A stretch of DNA of 64,000 bases from Bacteroidota bacterium (GTDB lineage: Bacteria; Bacteroidota; Bacteroidia; AKYH767-A; 2013-40CM-41-45): the NCBI GenBank assembly GCA_003389385.1, contig QQVM01000021.1, positions 7,299 to 71,298 on the forward strand, in the 5' to 3' direction. The notes below the pieces were generated by a model. The model worked only from the letters and a program-made list of their open reading frames with translations, had not been told where the DNA came from and did no database searches. Made by a program: the position numbers and the translations under genes. Shown piece after piece: positions 9,241-20,805 of the stretch (positions are counted from its first letter, which is position 1; every line of letters starts with the position of its first letter).

Positions 9241-12200
9241 ATGGCAACCAGAAAAGAAATAAAAATCAAATCAAACTTCAGCAAGATCATCATCAGTCTT
9301 GCCTCCCCGGAACACATCCTGGAGCAGTCAAGCGGAGAGGTGCTGAAGCCTGAAACTATAAACTACCGAACTTACAAACCGGAGCGCGATGGTTTGTTCT
9401 GTGAACGAATCTTCGGACCGGTGAAAGACTGGGAATGCCACTGTGGCAAATACAAAAGGATACGCTACAAGGGTATCGTTTGTGACCGCTGCGGTGTTGA
9501 GGTGACAGAAAAGAAAGTACGTCGTGAACGCATGGGACACATTTCATTAACTGTTCCGGTAGCTCACATCTGGTATTTCCGTTCACTTCCTAATAAGATT
9601 GGATATCTTCTCGGACTTCCTACGAAGAAGCTCGACATGATTATCTACTACGAAAGATATGTAGTTATCCAGGCAGGTATAAAGGAAGCTGACGGAGTCG
9701 GATACCTTGACTTCCTCACGGAAGAAGAGTATCTCCAAATCCTCGAAACTCTTCCGAAAGATAACCAGCATCTGGACGATACTGATCCTAACAAATTCAT
9801 TGCAAGGATGGGTGCTGAGGCTCTTTATGATCTTCTTGCACGCCTGAACCTCGATGAGTTGTCCTACAACCTTCGTCACCAGGCAAGCAACGAAACTTCT
9901 CAGCAGAGAAAGAATGAGGCTCTCAAGAGACTGAATGTAGTGGAAGCATTCCGCAGCGCAAACGAACATATCGAAAATCGTCCTGAATGGATGATTGTAA
10001 AAGTTGTTCCTGTAATTCCACCGGAGCTCAGACCACTCGTTCCTTTGGATGGCGGACGATTCGCAACATCTGACCTTAACGACCTTTACAGAAGGGTTAT
10101 TATCCGTAATAACCGATTGAAGAGACTCCTCGAAATCAAAGCGCCGGATGTCATCCTGCGCAATGAAAAGAGGATGCTTCAGGAAGCTGTAGACTCTCTC
10201 TTCGACAATTCAAGAAAAGTGAATGCGGTGAAAACTGAGTCCAACAGGGCTCTTAAGTCGCTTTCTGATTCATTGAAAGGAAAACAGGGAAGGTTCCGTC
10301 AGAATCTCCTTGGAAAGAGGGTTGACTATTCCGCTCGTTCTGTGATTGTGGTAGGTCCGGATTTGAAACTGCACGAATGTGGTCTTCCAAAAGACATGGC
10401 CGCTGAACTATTCAAGCCATTTATCATCCGTAAGATGATCGAAAGGGGAGTGGTTAAAACTGTGAAGTCTGCAAAGAAAATTGTAGACAGAAAAGATCCA
10501 CTGGTTTGGGATATATTGGAAAATGTACTTAAAGGACATCCTGTTCTTCTTAACAGGGCCCCAACCCTCCACAGATTGGGTATTCAGGCTTTCCAGCCTA
10601 AACTTATCGAAGGCAAAGCTATCCAGCTCCATCCGCTTGTGTGTACAGCATTCAACGCCGACTTCGACGGTGACCAGATGGCCGTACACGTGCCACTGGG
10701 TAATGCTGCGATACTTGAAGCACAAATGCTCATGCTTGCTTCTCATAACATCCTGAATCCTGCGAACGGAGCGCCAATTACGGTTCCTTCTCAGGACATG
10801 GTACTCGGTCTGTATTACATCACAAAAGAAAGAAAGTCCGATAGCACCAGGCAGGTGAAGGGTGAAGGCATGAAGTTCTATTCACCTGAAGAGGTAATAA
10901 TCTCACACAACGAAGGCAGAGTAGACCTGCACGCTTCCATTTCTGTTCGTATTCCTGTATTCAACGGAGAAGAAAAAAGCTACCAGCTTATCAATACAAC
11001 AGTCGGTAGAGTGTTGTTCAATCAGGTTGTTCCTCAGGAAGCCGGATATATCAACCAACTTCTTACAAAGAAAGCTCTGAGGGATATCATCGGCGAAATT
11101 CTCAAGAAGTGCGGTATCGCCAAGACTGCAAAATTCCTTGACGATATCAAGGATCTTGGTTTCGGTATGGCATTCAAAGGCGGACTGTCCTTCAATCTGG
11201 AAGATGTAAAGATTCCGGAAGTGAAAAAGGATCTGATCTCTAAAGCGAATACAGAAGTTGATGAGGTGATGAACAATTACAACATGGGATTCATCACATT
11301 CAACGAACGATACAACCAGATCATCGATATCTGGACACGAACAGTGTCAAGAATCACTGAAACTCTGATGAAGCAGCTCTCAAGCGACAGACAGGGATTC
11401 AATTCGATCTATATGATGCTTGACTCCGGAGCAAGGGGTTCAAAAGAACAGATCAGGCAGCTCGGCGGACTCAGAGGTCTGATGGCTAAGCCGCAAAAGA
11501 GCGGTTCAACCGGCGGAGAGATCATCGAGAATCCTATCCTTTCCAACTTTAAGGAAGGTCTTTCAATCCTTGAATACTTCATCTCCACTCACGGTGCACG
11601 TAAAGGTCTTGCGGATACAGCCCTTAAAACAGCTGACGCAGGTTATCTCACAAGACGTCTCGTGGATGTGGCACAGGATGTGATCATCACTGATGAAGAT
11701 TGCGGTACTCTAAGAGGGCTCGCTGAAACTGCACTAAAGAATAATGAGGAAGTTGTTGAGTCACTATACGACAGAATTCTCGGACGTGTGTCACTGCACG
11801 ATATATATCATCCGCTCACAGGCGAACTGATGATCAATTCCGGTCAGGAAATCATTGAAAAAGTTGCAGCCGCGATTGAAGAGTCTCCGATTGAAACAGT
11901 CGAGATCCGTTCAGTGCTAACCTGCGAAAGCGAAAGAGGTGTTTGTGCCAAGTGTTACGGAAGAAATCTGGCCACTGGACGTATGGTTCAGAAGGGCGAA
12001 GCAGTCGGAGTTATTGCTGCACAGTCAATCGGTGAACCAGGTACTCAGCTTACACTTCGTACATTCCACACCGGAGGTGCGGCTCAGAAAGGTGCAACAG
12101 AAAGCGAACTCAAGGCTAAGCACAGCGGAAGACTTGAATTCGAAGAAGTCAAAACTGTTACCCGAAAAGATGCAGCAAAGACTCAGGAAGTTGTAATTGG

Positions 12201-13533
12201 ACGTTCCGGCGAATTCAGAATCGTGGATGTAAACACTGGAACTATATTAACTACCTCAAATATCCCATATGGAGCAAAGCTTTCAGCTAAGCATGGTGAT
12301 ATGGTGGAGAAAGGAGCAGTGATTTGCGAATGGGATCCATTCAACGCAGTTATTATCTCCGAAGTAACCGGAAAAATTGAATTCGATCACATTGAGGAAG
12401 GAATCACTTTCCGCGAGGAATCGGATGAGCAAACCGGATACAAAGAGAAAGTAATTATCGATACCAGAGATAAGACTAAGAATCCTGCAATTAAAATCAT
12501 TGACGAGAAGAAAGAGGTTGTAAAAGGCTACAACATTCCGGTTGGTGCTCATATCATGGTAAACAAGGGACAAAAGATTGTCGCAGGTGAAGTGCTTGTT
12601 AAGATTCCTCGCTCTACAGGAAAATCAGGTGACATCACGGGTGGTCTCCCAAGAGTTACCGAATTGTTTGAAGCAAGAAATCCTTCAAACCCGGCTGTTG
12701 TTTCTGAAATCGACGGTATCGTTTCTTACGGTGGCATCAAGCGTGGTAACCGCGAGGTTATTATCACAAGCAGAGACGGTGAAGTGAAAAAATATCTTGT
12801 TTCACTTTCCAAGCACATTCTGGTTCAGGATAATGATTTCGTGAAGGCAGGTCATCCGCTTTCTGACGGAGCCATCACCCCAAGTGACATCCTCGCGATC
12901 AAAGGTCCTTCTATGGTACAGGAATATCTCGTGAATGAAATTCAGGAGGTGTACCGTTTGCAGGGTGTTAAGATCAATGACAAGCATTTTGAAGTGATTG
13001 TTCGCCAAATGATGCGCAAGGTTGTGATCGATGATCCAGGTGATACAAAATTCCTCGAAAGGGAGTTTGTTGACAGGGTAGACTTCATGAAGGAAAATGA
13101 CGCAATCATGGATAAAGTAGTGGTACTCGATCCTGGAGATTGTGCGGAATTAAAGTCAGGACAGATCATCACTCTGAGAAGACTACGTGAAGAAAATTCT
13201 TTGCTCAAGCGTAAGGATATGAAAGCTATTGAAGCACGTGATGCGATTGCAGCCACTTCTTCCCCTGTTCTTCAGGGTATCACTCAGGCTTCTCTCCATA
13301 CTAAGAGCTGGATTTCTGCTGCTTCCTTCCAGGAAACAACAAAAGTCCTCAACGAAGCTGCAGTCAACGGAAAAATCGATGACCTGCTAGGATTGAAAGA
13401 AAATGTAATCGTTGGTCACCTGATTCCTGCCGGAACCGGCCTCAGAGAATATGAAAAACTGATCGTGGGTTCACGTGAGGAATATGATCTTTTGATGGCT
13501 TCTAAACAGGAAGAAGAGCTGAGTGCCAGATAA
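9241..13533 (+). CDS. rpoC: RNA polymerase beta' subunit
   Basis: [10 protein letters not shown] catalytic motif, N-terminal Zn finger. Confidence 0.99.
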   Translation: MATRKEIKIKSNFSKIIISLASPEHILEQSSGEVLKPETINYRTYKPERDGLFCERIFGPVKDWECHCGKYKRIRYKGIVCDRCGVEVTEKKVRRERMGHISLTVPVAHIWYFRSLPNKIGYLLGLPTKKLDMIIYYERYVVIQAGIKEADGVGYLDFLTEEEYLQILETLPKDNQHLDDTDPNKFIARMGAEALYDLLARLNLDELSYNLRHQASNETSQQRKNEALKRLNVVEAFRSANEHIENRPEWMIVKVVPVIPPELRPLVPLDGGRFATSDLNDLYRRVIIRNNRLKRLLEIKAPDVILRNEKRMLQEAVDSLFDNSRKVNAVKTESNRALKSLSDSLKGKQGRFRQNLLGKRVDYSARSVIVVGPDLKLHECGLPKDMAAELFKPFIIRKMIERGVVKTVKSAKKIVDRKDPLVWDILENVLKGHPVLLNRAPTLHRLGIQAFQPKLIEGKAIQLHPLVCTAFNADFDGDQMAVHVPLGNAAILEAQMLMLASHNILNPANGAPITVPSQDMVLGLYYITKERKSDSTRQVKGEGMKFYSPEEVIISHNEGRVDLHASISVRIPVFNGEEKSYQLINTTVGRVLFNQVVPQEAGYINQLLTKKALRDIIGEILKKCGIAKTAKFLDDIKDLGFGMAFKGGLSFNLEDVKIPEVKKDLISKANTEVDEVMNNYNMGFITFNERYNQIIDIWTRTVSRITETLMKQLSSDRQGFNSIYMMLDSGARGSKEQIRQLGGLRGLMAKPQKSGSTGGEIIENPILSNFKEGLSILEYFISTHGARKGLADTALKTADAGYLTRRLVDVAQDVIITDEDCGTLRGLAETALKNNEEVVESLYDRILGRVSLHDIYHPLTGELMINSGQEIIEKVAAAIEESPIETVEIRSVLTCESERGVCAKCYGRNLATGRMVQKGEAVGVIAAQSIGEPGTQLTLRTFHTGGAAQKGATESELKAKHSGRLEFEEVKTVTRKDAAKTQEVVIGRSGEFRIVDVNTGTILTTSNIPYGAKLSAKHGDMVEKGAVICEWDPFNAVIISEVTGKIEFDHIEEGITFREESDEQTGYKEKVIIDTRDKTKNPAIKIIDEKKEVVKGYNIPVGAHIMVNKGQKIVAGEVLVKIPRSTGKSGDITGGLPRVTELFEARNPSNPAVVSEIDGIVSYGGIKRGNREVIITSRDGEVKKYLVSLSKHILVQDNDFVKAGHPLSDGAITPSDILAIKGPSMVQEYLVNEIQEVYRLQGVKINDKHFEVIVRQMMRKVVIDDPGDTKFLEREFVDRVDFMKENDAIMDKVVVLDPGDCAELKSGQIITLRRLREENSLLKRKDMKAIEARDAIAATSSPVLQGITQASLHTKSWISAASFQETTKVLNEAAVNGKIDDLLGLKENVIVGHLIPAGTGLREYEKLIVGSREEYDLLMASKQEEELSAR

Positions 13534-13552
13534 TAAACCACAATAAATCATG

Positions 13553-13586
13553 AAAAGCCGGTGTTTCAAAATACCGGCTTTTTTTT
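13553..13586 (+). terminator. Intrinsic terminator after rpoC
   Basis: AAAAGCCGGTGT-TTCAAA-ATACCGGC followed by a T run. Confidence 0.85.
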
Positions 13587-13636
13587 CCCTTAATTTTATA
13601 CGACCTTTGTATAAACAAAACTGAAAACAAACAATC

Positions 13637-13945
13637 ATGGATCAGAATCAAAACAACCAGCTTAATATAGAACTGACAGAAGAAGTTGCTGACGGAATTT
13701 ATTCCAACCTGGCAATCATCACGCATAGTAACTCTGAATTCGTAATTGACTTTGTAAAAGTGATGCCCGGAGTTCCCAAGGCCAAAGTTAAAGCCAGAAT
13801 CCTTCTGACCCCTCAACATGCTAAAAGACTTCTTGGAGCCCTGTCTGATAACATTGCCAAATACGAAAGTGTGCATGGAACTATCAAACAGACAGAAGGT
13901 GTAGGCATGCCCATGAATTTTGGAGGCCCTGCAGCGCAGGCATAA
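13637..13945 (+). CDS. DUF3467 family protein
   Basis: GIYSNLAIITHS.SEFVIDF and ILLTPQHAKRL motifs; commonly follows rpoC in Bacteroidota. Confidence 0.85.
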   Translation: MDQNQNNQLNIELTEEVADGIYSNLAIITHSNSEFVIDFVKVMPGVPKAKVKARILLTPQHAKRLLGALSDNIAKYESVHGTIKQTEGVGMPMNFGGPAAQA

Positions 13946-13966
13946 TTAATGCCAACATTATAATAC

Positions 13967-13994
13967 AGAGCCGGGAATTCTCCGGCTTTTTTTT
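13967..13994 (+). terminator. Intrinsic terminator between convergent genes
   Basis: AGAGCCGGGA-AT-TCTCCGGC followed by a T run. Confidence 0.75.
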
Positions 13995-16282
13995 TAATCG
14001 AGTGCGCTTTTATTGAATATGAAATATCCAAAATGGAAAAGTACTGAAAAAGGATTTGGCCTGTCATCATAGTAATTCACGGAAAAGCTGACCGGTCCTA
14101 ATGGACTGTGAAATACTGCATTCGCTGTTGCAATGTAATATCTGCGGCTTAAGACACTCCCGTATTCAGTTTTACCATCGTCTGTTCTGAGGAGTTCCTG
14201 GTATGGCATGAAGACAAAACCTTCTATTCTAAGGTCCAGATTGGATCGGAGCATGAGTACATTCTTCAAGCCAAACCCGGCAAACTGATGTGCCCTGAAG
14301 TTTTCCAAGAAGAGAGTCTGGCTTTCGGTCAATGGTTCAAATGCAGGAGCGTTCAAAGTACTGGAAATATAGTTGACAAAGAAAGGCATATTGGATGTCG
14401 TGGCTTCTAAATAAAATCCCAACTTCAGCTTACCTCTCCGTTTGTAATAATTATCATAGAGCATTCTGGCTACATACCAGGTATGCTTATCATTTATTAT
14501 ACTGCGGTCTATCGAAGTTGAACCTGGAATGCTTCGCTCCCTTGCGTCCGCCAGTCGGATACTCATTTGAAAGCGAGTGCCCTGATTGGCATATTGTTTC
14601 CTGTTCAAGGTGTTTCGTTCAAAATTTAATTCACCCGTGACGCCTTTGAATACACTTTTATCTGCTGTGTCTTTTTGTAAAAAGTTTGAAGTTTGATAGT
14701 AATTATCAGTAATCTGAAAATAAGATGCAGAACTGATAAATCGGCCTTTGTTCCTGACAGGTATCCCAGCGTTAAATCCGTAATTGTAATCTGACTTGAC
14801 TATGAATGCCGGTTTTTGATCCGAGAAGAAGGCATTGCTGCTCTTGAAAAAATCGTACTGATTGAGAGTTACATCTGATTCAATGTAGTAAGGGATCCTG
14901 GCAGGTGTATGCATCCTGAGTCTGACCTGTCCTGAAGTGTACAGTTTGCCGAAATAGAAATTGCTGTAAAGTGAATAAGCTCTTTTTCTCCAAATGTTGT
15001 ACTGTAAACCTATGAATGCTTCACTAACCGGACGTGAAGACAGGTTTCCTCCAAACTGCACGATAAGATCCTTTACTCTTTCAATATTAAGTGTGAGATC
15101 AAAATATCCACTTGAATCATTGAACTCAAGAACAGGGTAAATTGCCTTTACATTGGGATCTGCTACAAGTTGGAAGTAGGAAGATTTGAGCCTTGAAAGC
15201 GGCACTGGATTCTTGGATGGCTTAACCACATTCCTTACATACCCTGCTTGCCTTTCATTGATTCCCCGAATATGCAGACGGTCGATTTTCACATCTTCCC
15301 TCATTGCTCTGAACTTTTCCCTCCGTTCAGCAAGTAATTCAGGATCTGCTTTTCGATGAACATAGAATTTTAACCTGTCCATTTCAGACATTGCTGCATC
15401 ATAACCGCTTTGAATGATTTCTTTGAGTTTGCTGAAGTCGAATACCCCGAATTGATCAGTGTTAATGTCAATCAGAACACTCGTCTCACAGATTACAGAA
15501 AAAGTGGTAGGAGTGGTCATCAATGCTCTGAGATGTGAAAAAATGTTGTCTTCCGAAACTTCAGGTATTGTCCCGGCCGCATTTACTCCGATAATCATGT
15601 CCGGCTGGAACTCACTTAGTGCAATGTCAGCAGGAAAGTTATTGTACATACCTCCGTCATAAAGCAATTTTCCGTCTACCAATAATGGTTTGAAATAAAA
15701 AGGATAAGCAGAGGAAGCTCTCACTGCCTCAGCCAAATTTCCTCTTTTAAAAATTACACTTGACTTTTCCTCTACATTGGAAGCTACACAGCGAAAAGGC
15801 ACAAACAATGAATCAAATTCATATCCGGTTTTTGCATTTACTGCAGCCGATAGTTCCATCAAAGCAAAGTCGAATGGAACTGAATTCACAAGATGGGTAG
15901 GGAGCCTGGTTTGAATAAGAGAATCAAGAGAAAACTTCAGATTTATCCAGGAGGAATTGTCTTCATATTTTCTGAAATAGTAAGTGAAATTCTCATCAAT
16001 CACACCGGTAGCCCAGTTGCTGAAATCCTCTGTTTGGGAGATGCTGTCAATATCCTCTGCCGAAAATCCCAGGCTGTATAAAAAACCGACAATTGCGCCG
16101 GCAGATGTTCCTGTAATGTAATCAATAGGGATTTTTTCTTCTTCAAGTGCCTTTATCACCCCAATATGAGCCATGCCACGGGCACCACCTCCGCTAAGCA
16201 CCAGGCCTATTTTCTGCGACTGTGCAAATTCAGATTGCATCAGAAGCATAATAAAAAGCATTATTTTGATGAATGGCCTCAC
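13994..16282 (-). CDS. Patatin-like phospholipase with C-terminal beta-barrel (PlpD-like)
   Basis: Signal peptide, GGGARG, GTSAG nucleophile, DGG motif; C-terminal region rich in amphipathic strands. Confidence 0.85.
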   Translation of the reverse strand: MRPFIKIMLFIMLLMQSEFAQSQKIGLVLSGGGARGMAHIGVIKALEEEKIPIDYITGTSAGAIVGFLYSLGFSAEDIDSISQTEDFSNWATGVIDENFTYYFRKYEDNSSWINLKFSLDSLIQTRLPTHLVNSVPFDFALMELSAAVNAKTGYEFDSLFVPFRCVASNVEEKSSVIFKRGNLAEAVRASSAYPFYFKPLLVDGKLLYDGGMYNNFPADIALSEFQPDMIIGVNAAGTIPEVSEDNIFSHLRALMTTPTTFSVICETSVLIDINTDQFGVFDFSKLKEIIQSGYDAAMSEMDRLKFYVHRKADPELLAERREKFRAMREDVKIDRLHIRGINERQAGYVRNVVKPSKNPVPLSRLKSSYFQLVADPNVKAIYPVLEFNDSSGYFDLTLNIERVKDLIVQFGGNLSSRPVSEAFIGLQYNIWRKRAYSLYSNFYFGKLYTSGQVRLRMHTPARIPYYIESDVTLNQYDFFKSSNAFFSDQKPAFIVKSDYNYGFNAGIPVRNKGRFISSASYFQITDNYYQTSNFLQKDTADKSVFKGVTGELNFERNTLNRKQYANQGTRFQMSIRLADARERSIPGSTSIDRSIINDKHTWYVARMLYDNYYKRRGKLKLGFYLEATTSNMPFFVNYISSTLNAPAFEPLTESQTLFLENFRAHQFAGFGLKNVLMLRSNLDLRIEGFVFMPYQELLRTDDGKTEYGSVLSRRYYIATANAVFHSPLGPVSFSVNYYDDRPNPFSVLFHFGYFIFNKSALD

Positions 16283-16291
16283 AATAAATAT

Positions 16292-17119
16292 TCAATTGCT
16301 CTTTGGCGTAAATTTAAGAAGCTCGTTTGATTCACTGATGATATTCTGAAAATACTTACAGGAAACTTTCATCCTTGAACCATACCATGAAAACATCTCT
16401 CCATCCGCGAGAATTGTTGCTTTAGTCGGAAATCGCTTACGGAATTCAGTCAGGTGTTTTTCTCCGAACGGAAACGGTTCGCTTGAAAGAATAATCAGGT
16501 CTGCATTTATATCGTTTAAATATTTTTCACTCAGTTCCGGATAACGGTCTGGCAAATCAATAGCATTCTCCCATCCGCATCTGTTTATCATGTCGCTGAT
16601 GAATGTATCACGTCCTGCTGCCATGAGAGGTTTGTTCCAAATCAGATAGCATATCCTGAGTTTAGGGTAATTCCTTTGATGAATGAAATTAAAGAGTTCA
16701 TTGAAACCTGTTCTGATATCTTCAATTATCTTCTCACTTTCATTGTGACGACCGGTCATTTGTCCAAGGGCTGCAATCATTTTTAATGATTCATCAAAAG
16801 TTTTTACATCACTGATCCAGGTAGGATAATCCACCATGAGATTTCGGATGTCTGATTCACTGTTTTCTTCTTTGTTGGCTATGATCAAATCCGGTTTGAT
16901 GTTTCTGATAATCTCAGGATTGATTTTTTTCGTTCCCCCCACAATGGTTTTAGTTTTTAGCCACTCTTCCGGATGCACACAAAATTTTGTTATTCCCTTA
17001 ACTTCTGAATCAAGTCCTAGGGAATATAAGAGTTCCGTCTGTGAAGGTACAAGCGACACAATTCTTGATGCAGAATCCCGCAAATGAATTTCTCTTCCTG
17101 TTTGATCTTTGATCAGCAT
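16292..17119 (-). CDS. Helical-backbone metal receptor (BtuF/Fe-siderophore-binding fold)
   Basis: RIVSLVPSQTELL, VGGTK, PDLIIANKEEN, LSSEPFPF, DGEMFSWYG. Confidence 0.8.
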   Translation of the reverse strand: MLIKDQTGREIHLRDSASRIVSLVPSQTELLYSLGLDSEVKGITKFCVHPEEWLKTKTIVGGTKKINPEIIRNIKPDLIIANKEENSESDIRNLMVDYPTWISDVKTFDESLKMIAALGQMTGRHNESEKIIEDIRTGFNELFNFIHQRNYPKLRICYLIWNKPLMAAGRDTFISDMINRCGWENAIDLPDRYPELSEKYLNDINADLIILSSEPFPFGEKHLTEFRKRFPTKATILADGEMFSWYGSRMKVSCKYFQNIISESNELLKFTPKSN

Positions 17120-17188
17120 ATTGAAAAATAAAAGCCTTCTATCGAAATAAAAGGCCTTTTAAATTAATTTTCTGATTTGATTTTCATT

Positions 17189-18178
17189 TTACATGTAACC
17201 CATTTTTTTCATCCATTCATCGTTGAAAATCTTCGCAAGATAGCGTGAGCCGTGATCATGGAAAATCACCACCACCAGATCACTCTCGCTCAACTGGTCT
17301 TTCATTTGAAGTAAACCTGCTATGGCCGAGCCGGCGGAATTTCCAACCCAGATTCCCTCTTTGGATACAATTTCCCTTGTCATCACTGCTCCGTCTTTAT
17401 CGCTCACTTTTTCAAAATGATCAATCAGGTCAAAGTCGTAATTTTTGGGAATAAAATCTTCTCCAATTCCTTCAGTCACGTATGAGTAAATCTCTTCCTG
17501 GTCGAGTTCTCCGGTTTCATGATATTTTTTCAGAGCAGAACCGTAGGTATCTATTCCCCAAACTTTAATATCAGGATTTTTCTCCTTGAGAAATTTTGCC
17601 ACGCCGCATATGGTGCCTCCTGTTCCAGCGCCTACCACTAAATGCGTGATTTTTCCTTCAGTCTGATCCCAAATTTCCGGAGCAGTGGATTCATAATGTG
17701 CTTGACGATTGCTCAGATTATCGTATTGATTGGGATAAAAACTGTTTGCAATTTCCTTGTTAAGTCTTGCTGCAACTGAATAGTAAGATTTCGGATCCTC
17801 TGGTGCCACATTGGTCGGACAAACTATCACATCGGCTCCAAATGCTTTCAAAGCATCAACCTTTTCCTTGCTTTGCTTGTCAGTTGTAGTAAATATGCAT
17901 TTGTATCCTTTCACAATTGCTGCGATTGCCAGCCCCATTCCCGTATTTCCGGAAGTACCTTCAATGATAGTTCCTCCAGGTTTGAGCTTGCCTGCTCTCT
18001 CAGCATCTTCAATCATCTTAACAGCCATCCTGTCTTTGATTGAATTGCCAGGATTGAAAGTTTCCACCTTAGCATATACTTTGGCTTTTACTCCTTCCAC
18101 AACCTTGTTGAGACGTATAAGCGGCGTATTTCCAATCGACTCCAATACGTTTTCACATACATTCTTCTTGTTTGCCAT
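17189..18178 (-). CDS. PLP-dependent cysteine synthase / cystathionine beta-synthase family protein
   Basis: IGNTPL, NPGNSIKDR (PLP Lys), TSGNTG, GTGGT, EGIG. Confidence 0.9.
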   Translation of the reverse strand: MANKKNVCENVLESIGNTPLIRLNKVVEGVKAKVYAKVETFNPGNSIKDRMAVKMIEDAERAGKLKPGGTIIEGTSGNTGMGLAIAAIVKGYKCIFTTTDKQSKEKVDALKAFGADVIVCPTNVAPEDPKSYYSVAARLNKEIANSFYPNQYDNLSNRQAHYESTAPEIWDQTEGKITHLVVGAGTGGTICGVAKFLKEKNPDIKVWGIDTYGSALKKYHETGELDQEEIYSYVTEGIGEDFIPKNYDFDLIDHFEKVSDKDGAVMTREIVSKEGIWVGNSAGSAIAGLLQMKDQLSESDLVVVIFHDHGSRYLAKIFNDEWMKKMGYM

Positions 18179-18285
18179 TTGATTTTATTTTTGTAACATG
18201 CTGATAATTAGTGGAATAGCTGGAGAGCGTGCAATGGTTTTCGTGGGCGCAATTTAAACATTTCAAACAATAAGTTGCCTTGAAT

Positions 18286-19509
18286 TTATGAAAAACGAAT
18301 CGCTTTCAAAGGACTGATTCTGGTGATAATGGCAGTCGGAAGAATCATCATTAATCCGCATATGAAAATTGTGCCTGCATTCAGCAATAGAATGTCTGTG
18401 ATTTGAATATTCACCGGAACATAAGAAATGTAATATGATTGCTGATCGAGTGTGATGATATTGAAATGTTTTTGAATCAGTGTTAATCCGATTCCAAGAA
18501 TGTTTCCCCATAATAATCCCTTGCCAGTCAATACCAAAGCAATGCTCAGGAAAACTCTCCTAACTCCTGAGTTGTTTGCTCCTAAAGCTTTTAATGTTCC
18601 GATCATGGAAACTCTTTCAAGAATAATAATGAGCAATGCTGATATCATGTTAATGCCGGCAACTAATAGCATCAGTGTGATTATAATGACCGCATTGATA
18701 TTCTGAAGATTCAACCAGTCGAATATTTGAGGGTAAATTTCGCGTATGGATTTTGTGTTCAGGCTTGCGTCTGAACGAGTGTAAATTTCATTGCTGATTT
18801 TATCGAGCTCATCAAGATCACGAATTAATATTTCTATACCTCCGATTTCATCGTCTTCCCAGTCATTCAGTTTTCTGATATGGTTGATGTCGCTGATGAG
18901 AAACAGGTTGTCAAATTCTTCCAGTCCCGTTTCGTATATTCCGTCTACTTTAAACTTCCGAACTCTTGGAGGTTGCTGAATAAAATACATTAAGACGGAG
19001 TCGCCGGAACTGATACGGAGTTTTTTTGCAAGTCTGGATGAAATCACAATTTCGTTGCTTCTCACAGAATCATTGTACTGAGGTGTTTTGCCAGATATTA
19101 ATTTTGATTGAAAAAATTTCCAGTTAAAATCAGTGCCAACACCTTTAGCTACCACACCGCTTATTTCCTCCTCCTTTTTTAGAATGCCGGCCTTGGTAGC
19201 AAATACCTGAACATGTTCAACCCCTGGATGGCTCCTTAATTCGTTAATAAATTTTTCATCCCTGGCAAAAGGCAGTGTTTCAAAAGAATTATTTTCGATG
19301 TAATTACTTATCTGAATATGTGCGCCAAATCCGACAATCTTGTCCCTGATTTCCTGCTTGAAGCCTGTAACGATTGTAACTGCAAGGATCATCACGGCAA
19401 AGCCAAGGGATACGCCGGCAATGGCAAGGCGTACAATTGGCTTGGTAGCGACTGATCTGTTTTCAACAGATGATACTATTCGCCTTGCTATGAACCACTC
19501 GTATCTCAA
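18286..19509 (-). CDS. LolC/LolE (FtsX-like) lipoprotein-releasing ABC permease
   Basis: TM1 plus large periplasmic loop plus three TMs, IGTLKALGA, PLKAIRF end; TTG start. Confidence 0.85.
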   Translation of the reverse strand: MRYEWFIARRIVSSVENRSVATKPIVRLAIAGVSLGFAVMILAVTIVTGFKQEIRDKIVGFGAHIQISNYIENNSFETLPFARDEKFINELRSHPGVEHVQVFATKAGILKKEEEISGVVAKGVGTDFNWKFFQSKLISGKTPQYNDSVRSNEIVISSRLAKKLRISSGDSVLMYFIQQPPRVRKFKVDGIYETGLEEFDNLFLISDINHIRKLNDWEDDEIGGIEILIRDLDELDKISNEIYTRSDASLNTKSIREIYPQIFDWLNLQNINAVIIITLMLLVAGINMISALLIIILERVSMIGTLKALGANNSGVRRVFLSIALVLTGKGLLWGNILGIGLTLIQKHFNIITLDQQSYYISYVPVNIQITDILLLNAGTIFICGLMMILPTAIITRISPLKAIRFS

Positions 19510-19528
19510 TTCAAATTAGATTAAAAAT

Positions 19529-20788
19529 ATGACCCTAAAGATATTCCTTTCGGCATTAATACCGAAAGCAGGCCAGGAAAAGCTTTCAGTCCTGCTTGTG
19601 CTTATTTCATCAGTGATCACTCTCTCCTGTCACAGTCAGCAAAATGAAAACCTGCGGCTGCAAATTAAAACTCAATTGGAAATTCGCACAGGAGCAGAAA
19701 GGACAGACAAATATCTCCCTCTTTTGAAAGGGAAGAATGTTGCTATAGTGGCTAACCAAACCAGTGTAATAGGAGAGAAGCATCTTGTAGATACCTTGCA
19801 ATTGCTGGGTGTTAAAATCACCTGTGTCTTTGCGCCGGAACACGGATTTCGAGGCGAGAAAGGAGCTGGAGAGAAAATAAAAAGTGGAATTGACGAAAAG
19901 ACAGGATTGAAAATTGTTTCACTTTACGGAAAAAATCTTATGCCATCGGAAAAGGATTTGGAAGACACAGATATTGTGATTTTTGATATTCAGGATGTCG
20001 GTGCAAGATTTTACACCTACATATCCACTTTGGAGTACGTAATGGAAGCATGTGCATCTTTTAATAAAGACCTGATTATCCTGGACAGGCCTAATCCGAA
20101 CGGACATTATGTGGATGGACCTGTGCTTGAGAAGCCATTCAAATCCTTTGTGGGGATGAATTATATTCCGGTTGTACACGGTATGACTGTGGGAGAATAT
20201 GCGCTTATGTTGAATGGAGAAAAAATGTTGAAAGATTCACTTTTCTGCCGATTGAAAATTATCGAAGTTGAAAATTATTCTCATTCCGATTTGTATCAGT
20301 TGCCAATACCTCCCTCTCCGAATCTTCCGAACATGAATGCTGTGTATCTCTATCCGACTCTGTGTTTCTTCGAGGGAACAAAAGTCAGTCTGGGTAGGGG
20401 AACGCCTCATCCTTTTCAAGTAATAGGCTGGCCGGGAATGCCAGATGGCAGCATTTCTATGACTCCGGTTAATATTCCGGGAGTGGTGACATCGCCACCT
20501 TACAAAGATACTTTGTGTGAATTCATTGATATGCGAAAGAAAATCAGCAGTGTAGATTCTCTTCCGCGAGCACTGAAATTGGAGTGGATCAAAGACCGTT
20601 ATCGGCTATATCCGGAAAAAGAAAAATTCTTTAATAATTTCTTTAATAAACTCGCAGGCAATTCTTCACTTCAAAAGCAAATCAGGGAAAATGTTCCAGA
20701 CAATGTAATCAGGAAGTCATGGGAACCTGATCTGGGAAATTTCAAAATGATAAGAAAGAAGTATCTGCTTTATCCCGATTTTGAATAA
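19529..20788 (+). CDS. Exo-beta-N-acetylmuramidase NamZ family (DUF1343)
   Basis: ANQTS, FAPEHGFRG, FDIQDVGARFYTY, LDRPNP, PSPNLP. Confidence 0.9.
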   Translation: MTLKIFLSALIPKAGQEKLSVLLVLISSVITLSCHSQQNENLRLQIKTQLEIRTGAERTDKYLPLLKGKNVAIVANQTSVIGEKHLVDTLQLLGVKITCVFAPEHGFRGEKGAGEKIKSGIDEKTGLKIVSLYGKNLMPSEKDLEDTDIVIFDIQDVGARFYTYISTLEYVMEACASFNKDLIILDRPNPNGHYVDGPVLEKPFKSFVGMNYIPVVHGMTVGEYALMLNGEKMLKDSLFCRLKIIEVENYSHSDLYQLPIPPSPNLPNMNAVYLYPTLCFFEGTKVSLGRGTPHPFQVIGWPGMPDGSISMTPVNIPGVVTSPPYKDTLCEFIDMRKKISSVDSLPRALKLEWIKDRYRLYPEKEKFFNNFFNKLAGNSSLQKQIRENVPDNVIRKSWEPDLGNFKMIRKKYLLYPDFE

Positions 20789-20805
20789 AAGCAGAATACA
20801 TTAAC

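Noticed and set aside
5367-13533. Numerous antisense and alternate-frame ORFs in rpoB/rpoC; possible rifampicin-resistance changes or inteins
   Set aside because: The shadow ORFs reflect codon bias, the RRDR reads as wild type, and gene lengths are typical with no intein motifs seen
13994-16282. Patatin as a CBASS (CapV) effector
   Set aside because: It has a signal peptide and barrel-like C-terminus, and no CD-NTase is adjacent
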